Of a DNA stretch of 21,513 nucleotides, positions 8,966 to 18,300 are shown piece after piece. The notes under the pieces were generated by a model. It worked only from the letters and a program-made list of their open reading frames with translations, searched no databases and was not told the origin of the DNA. The DNA lies in contig NJBH01000049.1 of assembly GCA_005223125.1 (NCBI GenBank), positions 1 through 21,513 of the forward strand, written 5' to 3'. Source of the DNA: Promethearchaeota archaeon Loki_b32 (lineage in GTDB: Archaea > Asgardarchaeota > Lokiarchaeia > Sigyniarchaeales > SOKP01). Position numbers and translations under genes: made by a program. Position 1 is the stretch's first letter. Each line of letters starts with the position of its first letter.

Positions 8966-9898
8966 ATGAAAATATTAATAAGCGATAAGTTGCAAGAGGA
9001 AGGAATAAAAATATTTGAAGATAATGGATTTGAAGTTGTAAAAAACTTTACAATTACTAAAGATGAATTGAAGCAGGAAATTGGAGATTACGACGGAATT
9101 GTAATTCGTTCAAGAACAAAGTTAACTGATGATGTATTAGAAAATGCTAAGAACCTTAAAGTGATTGGAAGAGCTGGAGTTGGATTAGATAATGTGGATA
9201 GGAAAAAAGCAGCTGAAATGAATATAGAAGTTTTAAATACTCCTGAAGCTCCCGCCGTTTCAGTCGCGGAATTTGCACTAGGATTAATGTTAGCACTAGC
9301 AAGAAAAATTTCTTATGCAGATCGTACGACCCATGAAGGGCAATGGAATAAAAGTGATTGCTTAGGATATACTCTTAATGGAAAAAAACTTGGGTTGGTA
9401 GGTTTTGGAAATATTGCAAAACACTTAGCAAAAATTTCAATTGCAATAGGGATGGATGTTGGAGTTTATTCTAGATTTAGTAAAGGTCAAGTAGCTATTG
9501 ATGAGGCTAAAAAAATCGGATGTTCCATTTATTCCTCTGTTGAAGATTTATTAAAAGAAGCGCAAATTATTTCATTACATCTTCCTTCTTCACCTCAAAC
9601 TGAAAATATAATGAATGAAGAGCGAATTAACTTAATGCGAAAAGATGCTATACTTATAAATACAGCAAGAGGTAATTTAATTGACAACAAAGCTTTACTA
9701 AAGGCATTGAAGAATAAAGATATCGCAGGGGCAGCCCTAGATGTTTATCGTGAAGAACCACTAAAGGATCAAGAATTAATCGACTGGAGAGAAAACTTAA
9801 TTCTTACACCTCATATTGCTAGCCAATCAATTGAAAACCAAACTGCTGCTGCTACGATGATAGCAGAAAAAATGTCTAATTTTCTAAAAAATAACTAA
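8966..9898 (+). CDS. serA: D-3-phosphoglycerate dehydrogenase-like D-2-hydroxyacid dehydrogenase (short form, no ACT domain)
   Basis: IRSRT, GRAGVGLDNVD, GFGNIA, INTARG, ALDVYREEP and TPHIA give the Arg/Glu/His catalytic set. Substrate is uncertain (see findings). Confidence 0.8.
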   Translation: MKILISDKLQEEGIKIFEDNGFEVVKNFTITKDELKQEIGDYDGIVIRSRTKLTDDVLENAKNLKVIGRAGVGLDNVDRKKAAEMNIEVLNTPEAPAVSVAEFALGLMLALARKISYADRTTHEGQWNKSDCLGYTLNGKKLGLVGFGNIAKHLAKISIAIGMDVGVYSRFSKGQVAIDEAKKIGCSIYSSVEDLLKEAQIISLHLPSSPQTENIMNEERINLMRKDAILINTARGNLIDNKALLKALKNKDIAGAALDVYREEPLKDQELIDWRENLILTPHIASQSIENQTAAATMIAEKMSNFLKNN

Positions 9899-10083
9899 TA
9901 ATATTATTTTTTTCTTATTCTCCTAAATCATGTAAAACAAATCCTGAGAGGACTCTACCTTTTTAAATCTAGATCTCTTATAGGTGCAGTGTTGATAATA
10001 AGAATCTTGGATAATAAGATTTATCATATTATACAATCAAGAATTAGAAAGAAAATAAAAATTTTTAAATTAGGTTAATTATT

Positions 10084-11505
10084 ATGTTGAATAATAATAT
10101 CTCCTATAACATACTACCAAAAATGAGATTTTGTATGAGCTTAAGGAGTAAGCGAATATATTTCATTCTATTAATATCTCAATTAATATTTATCTCGTTG
10201 ATATCTGATTTTATGGTAAATACAAGAATCCTCATTAAAGGAAATTATAGGAGTGAAAAAACGGAGAAACTTAATCTTTCCGTCAACCAAAGTTCTTGGA
10301 CCCGAACTTGGAACCATTTCGGATTTGAACATGGTTTAGCTGTAGAAGTAGACAACGTAAATAACGTTTATGTTGGTGCTATATCTGAATACACTAGATC
10401 AGACTCTAAATATTTATGTCTTCTGAAATATAATAGTTCAGGAGATTTAATATGGGAAAGAATTTGGAGGAGTGGAAGTACAGGTCATAATTATATCACG
10501 ATAGCAGGACTTGCCATTGATTCTTCTAATAATATATACATAGCTGGAACTGAAGGATCCAACAGAGAAAGTGTAGATATGATACTAATTAGATATGATG
10601 TCTTTGGAAATAAAATTTGGAACATTAGTTGGGGAGGAGATGGTATAGATGAATGTATAGATATCAAAATAGATTTGAAAGGTGATATTTTCCTCGTAGG
10701 TGAAACTGAAAATTCTACATCAGGTTTAACGGATATTACGGTTGTTCAATTTGATAGCACTGGAACAGAAATTTGTAATTTTACTTTAGAATATATTAGA
10801 ATTGATGAAGTTTCTACCCTCGAAATAGATTCAGCTGATAATATTTATATTGGAGGGGCATATAAAAATGATGCTACTCTTATAAAATTAAATTCTTCTG
10901 GTTTTTTTCAATGGGATTATACATTATGGTATTTAGATTCATTTTCTAAAATATTAATTGATTCTTTAAATAATATTATAGTTTCAAGTTTACGAACATT
11001 ACATAAATTTAATAGTTCAGGAACACAGTTATGGAATTCTACATACACAGGACCCGGCTTTGGGTATGTTTCTTTAACCACTGATTCATCTAATGATATT
11101 TATGTTGGTCAAAGTAAAGTAGTAAAATGCGTTAGTAATAGTTTTTTTGTATTAACTGGGTGTATTTGTACTAATATTTTTTTAATAAAATATAATAGTG
11201 AGGGAGATATTATTTGGGAAAAAAGATTTACTGGATGTTCTGATGACTATGTTGCAGATTTAACTTTTGATTCCTTAGGAAATTTATATGTATGCGGAAC
11301 ATTAAGGAGTAAAGGAGGGTGTGATAAAATGATCTGGGATGTCCTTTTATTAAAGAATCCGGAAGAATATCGTGGGCAATGCTTTATATTTTACTGGGAT
11401 TTATTTTTAGTCATTCTTATTCCTTCTATTATAATTCTAGCACTTATAGTAATATATCTTAGGAAAAGACGAAAAGACGAAAATACTAAAATCAAAATTT
11501 TTTAA
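10084..11505 (+). CDS. Surface-exposed beta-propeller (SBBP-repeat-like) protein with C-terminal membrane anchor
   Basis: Repeated D(S)xxN(I/L)Y(V/I)xG and KYNSxGxxxW blades, an N-terminal hydrophobic segment, and a C-terminal TM helix followed by RKRRK. The true start may be a later Met (e.g. 10135). Confidence 0.8.
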   Translation: MLNNNISYNILPKMRFCMSLRSKRIYFILLISQLIFISLISDFMVNTRILIKGNYRSEKTEKLNLSVNQSSWTRTWNHFGFEHGLAVEVDNVNNVYVGAISEYTRSDSKYLCLLKYNSSGDLIWERIWRSGSTGHNYITIAGLAIDSSNNIYIAGTEGSNRESVDMILIRYDVFGNKIWNISWGGDGIDECIDIKIDLKGDIFLVGETENSTSGLTDITVVQFDSTGTEICNFTLEYIRIDEVSTLEIDSADNIYIGGAYKNDATLIKLNSSGFFQWDYTLWYLDSFSKILIDSLNNIIVSSLRTLHKFNSSGTQLWNSTYTGPGFGYVSLTTDSSNDIYVGQSKVVKCVSNSFFVLTGCICTNIFLIKYNSEGDIIWEKRFTGCSDDYVADLTFDSLGNLYVCGTLRSKGGCDKMIWDVLLLKNPEEYRGQCFIFYWDLFLVILIPSIIILALIVIYLRKRRKDENTKIKIF

Positions 11506-11533
11506 AATAAGTGTATTAATATTTTTTTTATTA

Positions 11534-12730
11534 TTATTCCAGATCGTGCAAAATTAATCCTGAAAGAACCTTTGGGTCGAACCAAGTTGATTTTGGAGGC
11601 ATAACTCCTCCTTTATCTGCTATTAATTCTAAATCTCTGATATCTACTGGATATAAATTAACAAATAAATCATTTCCTTTCTCTGTGACATATTTCTCCA
11701 TTTCTTTGGGATCTTGTGAACCTCCTACAAAGAAGATATTCTCATCAGAACGAGGGTCTTTAATACCTAAAATGGGTTCCAAAACTTTATCTTGAAGAAT
11801 AGCAACATCTAAGCTATCTCGTTTAGTTTTAAATTTTTTGTTTTTGACTAATAACTTATACCACGTACCTTTTAGACAAATAGCAATCTCATTTTTCTTT
11901 CCAGGGTTAAATGAGTTCTTCATTAAAACGATTTCGAAATAGCTTTCTAAATTTTTTAGAAAATCATTTTCTTTTATTGATAATTTCCTAATTACCCGAT
12001 TATATGGTAAAATACGGATTTGATCATCTGATGCTACATATGTTAATAGATTTTGCCAAGGAGCATCTTTATTTTTATCTGAAACAATTTTTTGCAATTT
12101 AATTTTACGATATTCTGCAGCACTAGCAGCTCTATGATGTCCATCTGCGATATATAACTTTTCTTTTCTAAATAAATCCTCCAATTTTTGAATTACTTTG
12201 GGATCAGTTTCTTGCCATAGAAGATGGCGATATCCATACTTCTGGAAATCAAATTTAGGTTTTTCTTTTTTAATCCTTTCAATCAGAGCATTAATTTTAT
12301 TGTTAGCTTTGAAAACCGTCCAAACCAAGCCTGCTGCAACATTTGAAGATACAATATGATTTGTTCGATCTTTAAGTGGTTTTTCTCTTGTATGTTCATG
12401 CTTTACAATATTTCCTTCTTCATAATCCTGAAGGGCAACACCAATTATTAATCCTTGATGACTAAAACTAGCTGATTCTTGTCGATACACAAAAACACAT
12501 GGATTATGTTCCTTCTCTAATATTTTTTTTTCTTTGAAATTTTTATAGGCATTAGCAGCATTGTGATAAATTGCATCACCTTCTCCATCGGGTAAAATAA
12601 GGTGTATTAACGAATTTGAATTTCTCTTTAACTCCTGCTCTTCTTCTTTACTAATTATATCATATGGACTAGTACAGAATTCTTCTGGATTGATAGGAAT
12701 ATAGGGCTTTAGTGGAGATATCAATACCAT
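11534..12730 (-). CDS. DUF1015 family protein (ParB/Srx-like core)
   Basis: SPYDII, HEHT, YIADGHHR, ILPYNR and the C-terminal MPPKSTWFDPK signature. Confidence 0.9.
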   Translation of the reverse strand: MVLISPLKPYIPINPEEFCTSPYDIISKEEEQELKRNSNSLIHLILPDGEGDAIYHNAANAYKNFKEKKILEKEHNPCVFVYRQESASFSHQGLIIGVALQDYEEGNIVKHEHTREKPLKDRTNHIVSSNVAAGLVWTVFKANNKINALIERIKKEKPKFDFQKYGYRHLLWQETDPKVIQKLEDLFRKEKLYIADGHHRAASAAEYRKIKLQKIVSDKNKDAPWQNLLTYVASDDQIRILPYNRVIRKLSIKENDFLKNLESYFEIVLMKNSFNPGKKNEIAICLKGTWYKLLVKNKKFKTKRDSLDVAILQDKVLEPILGIKDPRSDENIFFVGGSQDPKEMEKYVTEKGNDLFVNLYPVDIRDLELIADKGGVMPPKSTWFDPKVLSGLILHDLE

Positions 12731-12934
12731 GATATAAATTAAAACATTTAAGCATATAAATTAATTTCTAAAATATAAAATGTATTCTAAGGATAAAGAT
12801 GGCTTTTTATTTCGAAAATTATTTAAAACTAATTTATCTTAATAGTTATAAGTTTTGAGTAAAAAAATTAATAAATTTTTTTTCTATATAAAAATCATTA
12901 ACAATATTAAATTAAAATTAAGAGTAAATAGATA

Positions 12935-13933
12935 ATGCCTAAAGATTTAAAAGATATGTTAGACAATATCGAATCCAGCGAAAAAGCTACCGCGCAGTTA
13001 ACGGCAAAAGTTGACAAACTAACTGCATTAGCAGAAAGACAAAAACGTATTATAAGTGAACAAGAAGGAATCATAGAGAATCAAAAAAGTAAGATCTCTA
13101 AAATGTCAGACATACCCGAAGATATTCTTGAATTAAAAGAACTAATCGGAGAACAACGGCATCGCATTAATGAAAAGGAACTTGAATTAGAATATGCGAA
13201 AGGCGAAATAGCTCAATCTCAAAGAGAGCTAGAATTAGTAAAAAAACAAATTGTCCCTTCTCAAAATAAATTAGAAGAAGCTTATGAAACGATGGGTAAT
13301 TTAAGGACTGAATTAGCTGAGAAAAATTCAGAATTAATCTTAAAAAAAGAAGTTATGAAAAATCAGGAAAATAAAATAAAAGAATTAGAAGCATTTACTG
13401 ATAAATTCAAAGAAGAAGAGGTTAAGATAATCAAAGAAATGGAAGAAAAATATAGAAAAGAGACACAAGAATTAAAAACTGAGATTAATAAACTTGATAC
13501 CTTCTTAATGGATAGTAAACTTACTTCTACAGAAAAATCTTCAGCCGCAAAAGATGCAACTTCAAGACTCGAAAATATGAAGGCGAAATTTGATGAATTA
13601 GTTAATAAAGTTGAAGAATTAGGTGATAAAAATAGAGATGCAAATGAGGAAATTAAGCGTTTGAATAAAGAGTTTGAAGAGAATAAGAATTTCCAAAGAG
13701 ACAATATATATAAAATAAAATTTTATGATAAATTACAGCCGTTAATGGAAAAAGATCCTCTCTTTAAAACTTTCTTAATTGTCGAAGAAGTAGGGGGAAT
13801 TACTTTAGAAGATCTCAAAAATGCTCTTGGTATACCAACAGTTACCGTAAAAAAGAATATTCAACAGTTAGAAGATATTGGTCTTATCATAACTGATGAT
13901 AAAGGCAAAATTGTTGTTAAAAAAGAAGAATAA
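12935..13933 (+). CDS. Long coiled-coil protein with C-terminal winged helix-turn-helix
   Basis: About 260 aa of E/K-rich heptads followed by ITLEDLKNALGIPTVTVKKNIQQLEDIGLIITDDKGKIV (wHTH plus beta hairpin). Confidence 0.75.
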   Translation: MPKDLKDMLDNIESSEKATAQLTAKVDKLTALAERQKRIISEQEGIIENQKSKISKMSDIPEDILELKELIGEQRHRINEKELELEYAKGEIAQSQRELELVKKQIVPSQNKLEEAYETMGNLRTELAEKNSELILKKEVMKNQENKIKELEAFTDKFKEEEVKIIKEMEEKYRKETQELKTEINKLDTFLMDSKLTSTEKSSAAKDATSRLENMKAKFDELVNKVEELGDKNRDANEEIKRLNKEFEENKNFQRDNIYKIKFYDKLQPLMEKDPLFKTFLIVEEVGGITLEDLKNALGIPTVTVKKNIQQLEDIGLIITDDKGKIVVKKEE

Positions 13934-14265
13934 CCAAAATCTTCTAAATTTATAGTTTAAAAATTGAATTTTTGAATCTTACTCCTTGAGATATTGAATA
14001 AAAAATTAAGTATTAAGTAAAGAGCTTTAAACTTTAGCCAATTGTTCATATAGACTTTAAGAAAAAAGACTGTTAAGATATTTAGTTAGTCTCTTAATTT
14101 AATTGCTTTGTGAGTAAAAATTTAGATTTAAGTGTATAGTTTATTATTATCATGAAGTAAAAAGTAATAAATATAGTGACTCTATTATTAAGATTAAGGA
14201 AAATTCTTAGGATTCATAAGAATCAAAAAAAATTAAATCTCAAGAACATGAAGGAAAATTATGAA

Positions 14266-14272
14266 GGGGTGA
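14266..14272 (+). promoter_or_regulatory. Shine-Dalgarno-like GGGGTGA upstream of the longin gene
   Basis: Resembles the archaeal GGAGGTGA consensus and ends 11 nt before the ATG at 14284. Confidence 0.4.
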
Positions 14273-14283
14273 ATGTGGTTTAA

Positions 14284-14661
14284 ATGCCCGTTGGAATATT
14301 AGTGATAAGGTGGGACAATGAAATTGGACCTATCAATGAAGGTTTTTATCCCGATACCTTGAAGATTACGAATAATCTGCTCACCCAAGTGTATTCGAGT
14401 CACAGGTATCAAAGTCTTCACCCAGGATTCGCATCTATAAGTTTAAAGAATAACAAGGTCGTTTCCTTTTTCTCTGGAGTCGGACAAGACTTTATCTCGG
14501 TAGAGAACTATGTAGTTGCGCTTCTGCTGAGACGAGACGAAAAGCCCGGTAAATACCGTGAAATCTTAAAGACAATCGCAGCAGAAATACTAGAAAAAAT
14601 TCCAGATGAAAAGTATAAAGAAGTCTTGCCAAGCTTATATGAGCAATTGGCAAGAATTTAG
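14284..14661 (+). CDS. Stand-alone longin / uDENN-like domain protein (eukaryotic signature protein)
   Basis: 125 aa. N-terminal GILVIRWDNEIGP...FYP matches the (F/W)DxxxGP..P start of uDENN/NPRL2-type longins. Predicted beta-beta-alpha-beta-beta-beta-alpha-alpha order. Confidence 0.7.
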   Translation: MPVGILVIRWDNEIGPINEGFYPDTLKITNNLLTQVYSSHRYQSLHPGFASISLKNNKVVSFFSGVGQDFISVENYVVALLLRRDEKPGKYREILKTIAAEILEKIPDEKYKEVLPSLYEQLARI

Positions 14662-14856
14662 TAATAAAAGTAGAATCTTTTACTTATTTCTTTTTATTTT
14701 TATACCTGCAATATCTAACCATTAATACAAATTGAATCCCTAATATAATTAAACCTAAGAAAAAATTTAAATTAAAATTATAACTTTGAATTATTAGTAC
14801 CCTTAAAAGCTTGGAATTATGATTTCTAAAAATAATTTGGCTAAAACTTAAAAGTT

Positions 14857-15001
14857 GGAGAGGTTACCGAGCATGGTCAAAGCCATTTTACACCAAAATG
14901 GGTCAAGACTATAGGTGCTGGACTTAAGATCCAGTGGCAAATATTCAGTTTATAACTGAATAGCCAAAAGGCCTTCGGGAGTTCGAATCTCCCCTTCTCC
15001 A
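14857..15001 (+). tRNA. tRNA-Leu(UAA) with two non-canonical introns (14881-14912 and 14941-14968)
   Basis: Acceptor GGAGAGG (14857-63) pairs with CTTCTCC (14994-15000), discriminator A. Anticodon arm CTGGA-CTTAAGA-TCCAG with TAA at 14925-27. T arm GGGAG-TTCGAAT-CTCCC. Removing the 32-nt and 28-nt inserts gives an 85-nt type II tRNA with D arm ACCGAGCATGGTCAAAGGT and variable arm GGC-AAAG-GCC. CCA is not encoded. Confidence 0.93.
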
Positions 15002-15318
15002 CATATTTATAAACACAATTGACCTTATCTGTATATAACCATAATATTTTTTATTTAAATAAATCCGAGACCTTAAAAAGATAAGAATTATAATTTGTTT
15101 TAAATTATATCGCTGAAAAAAAACTATGAAAGTTGAATACACAAGAGAAATTAATAAAGAAAAATGTATATTGCATTCTGAAAATAAAAAGTTTTTAATG
15201 AGTGTTGAACAAAGAGAGGTTAACTTAAGTTTCAATAAAAAAAAATATATAAAATGTAAAATTAAGCTCTGTTGCAAATACTCATTTACTATGGGAACTC
15301 AGTACCGATTATTAAGCA

Positions 15319-18300
15319 TTATCTTGTGCTCTGAATAAATAATCTTTCTTTGCTCTGTTCTTTTTCCCATTTTTTACGCTCAGAACGCAACTTGAACAAA
15401 TCTATATCTTTAAATATCAAAAATTCTTCTTTTGCTGGTATGATTCGCTCAGTCCGGTCTTTTTCCGGAGTATAAATAAGAGACTCTCCAAATTCCCCAA
15501 TATTGGCAAAAAATGAGTACGCATAAATAGATCTACGGGCATCAAAGTGAGCTGCTTTAAAATCGGCTGTGACTGGTGTGAACGCAGGATTCAGAATTAT
15601 ATCAATCGGAGGTTCGAAATTTTTTAATTCTACTCTTAAATCCATATCAAGAAAGTCTCGACAAATAACAATAACTATTCTACCATATTCTGTATTACAT
15701 ATGATCGTTTTCCGTGGTAGACTGCTAACTTCTATTCCTTCTTTAAAACGTTTTCCTTCTCCAGTACCAATAATTGCGGGGATATGTTTTTCTTGTTCCC
15801 AAAGAATACCCTCCGGTCCAAAAACTATACTAATATTTCGGTGTGTTTCTAGGTCATGAAAAGATCCTGGAACTATATACATCTCATACAATTTGGCTTG
15901 ATCTCCAATCTCTTCCAAAAGTTCTCCATAATTCAAATCAATAGTCATTTCTGGGAAGAGTAAGATATTGACACCCTCATTGTGCGCTTTTTCAATCATA
16001 GATTTGACTTTAGTTCTTACTTCCTCAACTTTGTTCTCTCTTATACAAAGAAGACCTGAAGATTTCATTTCGAATAGTTCTTTCATGATATCTCCGGTCT
16101 CAGATACACCTATTTGAGCAATACCAACTCTACATTCTCTTTTTTGAATTTTAGGATATTCTTTAAACAGATCTCTATAGATTAATTCATACTTCTTTTT
16201 ATCCATTCTTTCTATTTCAATACGCCTTTCTGCATCGCTGAACTGACGGGCTTCACTTAATCGAGGAGATTGACTACTTTCAAGTGGACAAGAAGGAGCA
16301 ACTATACCCATAATACTTCGGGAAATTGAGGGTTCTTTTATCGTGCTTAAAGCTGAAAAAAGAATTGATTCTTCCTTCTCAACCCTATTCAATCGATCTT
16401 GAACTTCTTTCTCCTTGTCTTTATACCCCGCTTTACCAAATAATTCTACCGCAGATTTTAAATACTTCGCACCTATTCCTAAAAGATTTCCTTTTTCCTG
16501 AAGATCTCTTTCTTCATCAGCTCTGATTAGGTGCCATGCCGCGTCAAAATATATTGAAGTTGCTTGAGACCAGTCAGCTCCTCTTTCAAAGCCTCCTTTT
16601 TCATATAAAGTAGCGGCTTTACTAAGTGTTACCTTAACTTTCGGGTATAATTCTTTTTTAATGTTTATTTCAATGGATTCATCAAATTTACAGCCATATT
16701 CAAGCGCTTGGCAAAAAGTTGAATTCCCAGAAGATAGTAATTTTAACTTTGTATCTGTGAAAAAATCACTGGCTTTTGCAAACAACGCTGCTGCTTCGGA
16801 AAATCTGTACGGATCATCATATTTTTCAGCAAGTTCCATATTTTCCCAAGCTCTGCACAGATAATAAACAGCTTCTAATTCCTTTCGTTCTCGTTTAATT
16901 TTAAATAAAATACATATATCTCTGAATTGAGAAGATGCAAGCGCAAATTTTTCTGCAGCTGCAATATGTTCACCTTGTTTTCCTAATATCCTTGCTTCTT
17001 CAAGGTTTATTCTCGCGTCACAATGATTCACCCTTACTTGAGCGATTTTTTCAAATTTATTAATTCTCTCTTTTTCAAATTTTTCTCTTGATCGCTGATG
17101 GGATTTTAATAATGTTTTAATTGCTTTTTCAAAGATTTTTCCTGTCTCTTTAAAACTTTCTATGGCTTTTTCGTGCTTTTCTTGTTTACTCAGTTGCTCT
17201 GCTTCTTCCAATGATATCCATCCAGAATAATAAGATGCTTCATAACCGTAACTTGGTAATTCTATTAGTATATCATAAGCTTTCTTATAAAATTCCCTAG
17301 CTTGTATATGATTTTCTCGTATATGAAACGATTTAGCTTCTTCAATAAATTTCCAAGCCTTTACATAATTAAATTTCTCATTGACTCTATTTTTGAGAAG
17401 TTTATATTTTATCATTTTCAGTGACTTATTATATGCTTCCTGAGCTTTCTTATAATTTTCTGCAGAAAGCCTAAAATTACCCAATCGATCTTCTATACGA
17501 GCTATATATTGATAACTTGCGGCTTCATAAGAAGAATATCTTCTATCAACACTTTCTTTTATTGTGTGGAGAAAAATTTCCCGTGCTTGATTTAAAATAG
17601 TAGTTTCTCCCGTTATAATTCCTAATTCCTCAAATAATAGTCCAAGCCTCATTTGATCCCCAATAGTGCCACCACGAGATAACATAGCGTAATTAATTGA
17701 TTTTTTTTGGGCATTTATTGCCTTTTTGAGGTGTGTGATCCTGTCTTCCTTCTTTTTAGCGATATCTGCAAGAGTTTTATAAGCCTTATAAAGACTAGTA
17801 TAACCACCAGCCTGAGGAAATCCTCCCTCATATTTCAATCCGAATTTTTCTGCCTGTTTTGCGTGTTGAAGCATAATTTGGGCATATTCTCCTTGTTTTG
17901 TTTTTGATTCCGTAAGATAAATAAGTTGAGAGTAAGCAAATATCAAACCTTGGTACAACCAACCTATAATATTAGGGTAATTAGGTGCACTCATCGCTTC
18001 TTTTACATGTTGGATCCCTTTTTCAGCATAGATTTTGCGTTGTGCAGTAGTAAAAATACTCATTTGGGAAGAAGTAGTATAGTAAATTGCAGGTAATACA
18101 TTTGCCATAGAGCGATTAATACTATAAGAATGTGCATAGATCTTCCCTAATTCCAGACAGTCTTTGATGTCATTAAGAATTCTCTTCTGTAGATAATTAA
18201 TTCTACCACTAAAAAGTGCAAAATAATCTATGAAAAACAGACACACAAGTATATAACATTTACTTTTCGTTTTTCTGGCAAAATTTAAAGCTTTCTCTAG

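Noticed and set aside
9992-10026. gataataaga direct repeat (two copies)
   Set aside because: Two short AT-rich copies only. Not a CRISPR array and too weak to call an operator.
13363-13704. 113-aa minus-strand ORF
   Set aside because: Antisense shadow of the coiled-coil gene.
14945-15338. ORFs 14945-15277 (-) and 15126-15338 (+)
   Set aside because: The first overlaps the tRNA antisense; the second overlaps the TPR-nitrilase stop. Both are AT-rich with no recognisable motif. A small gene remnant cannot be excluded.
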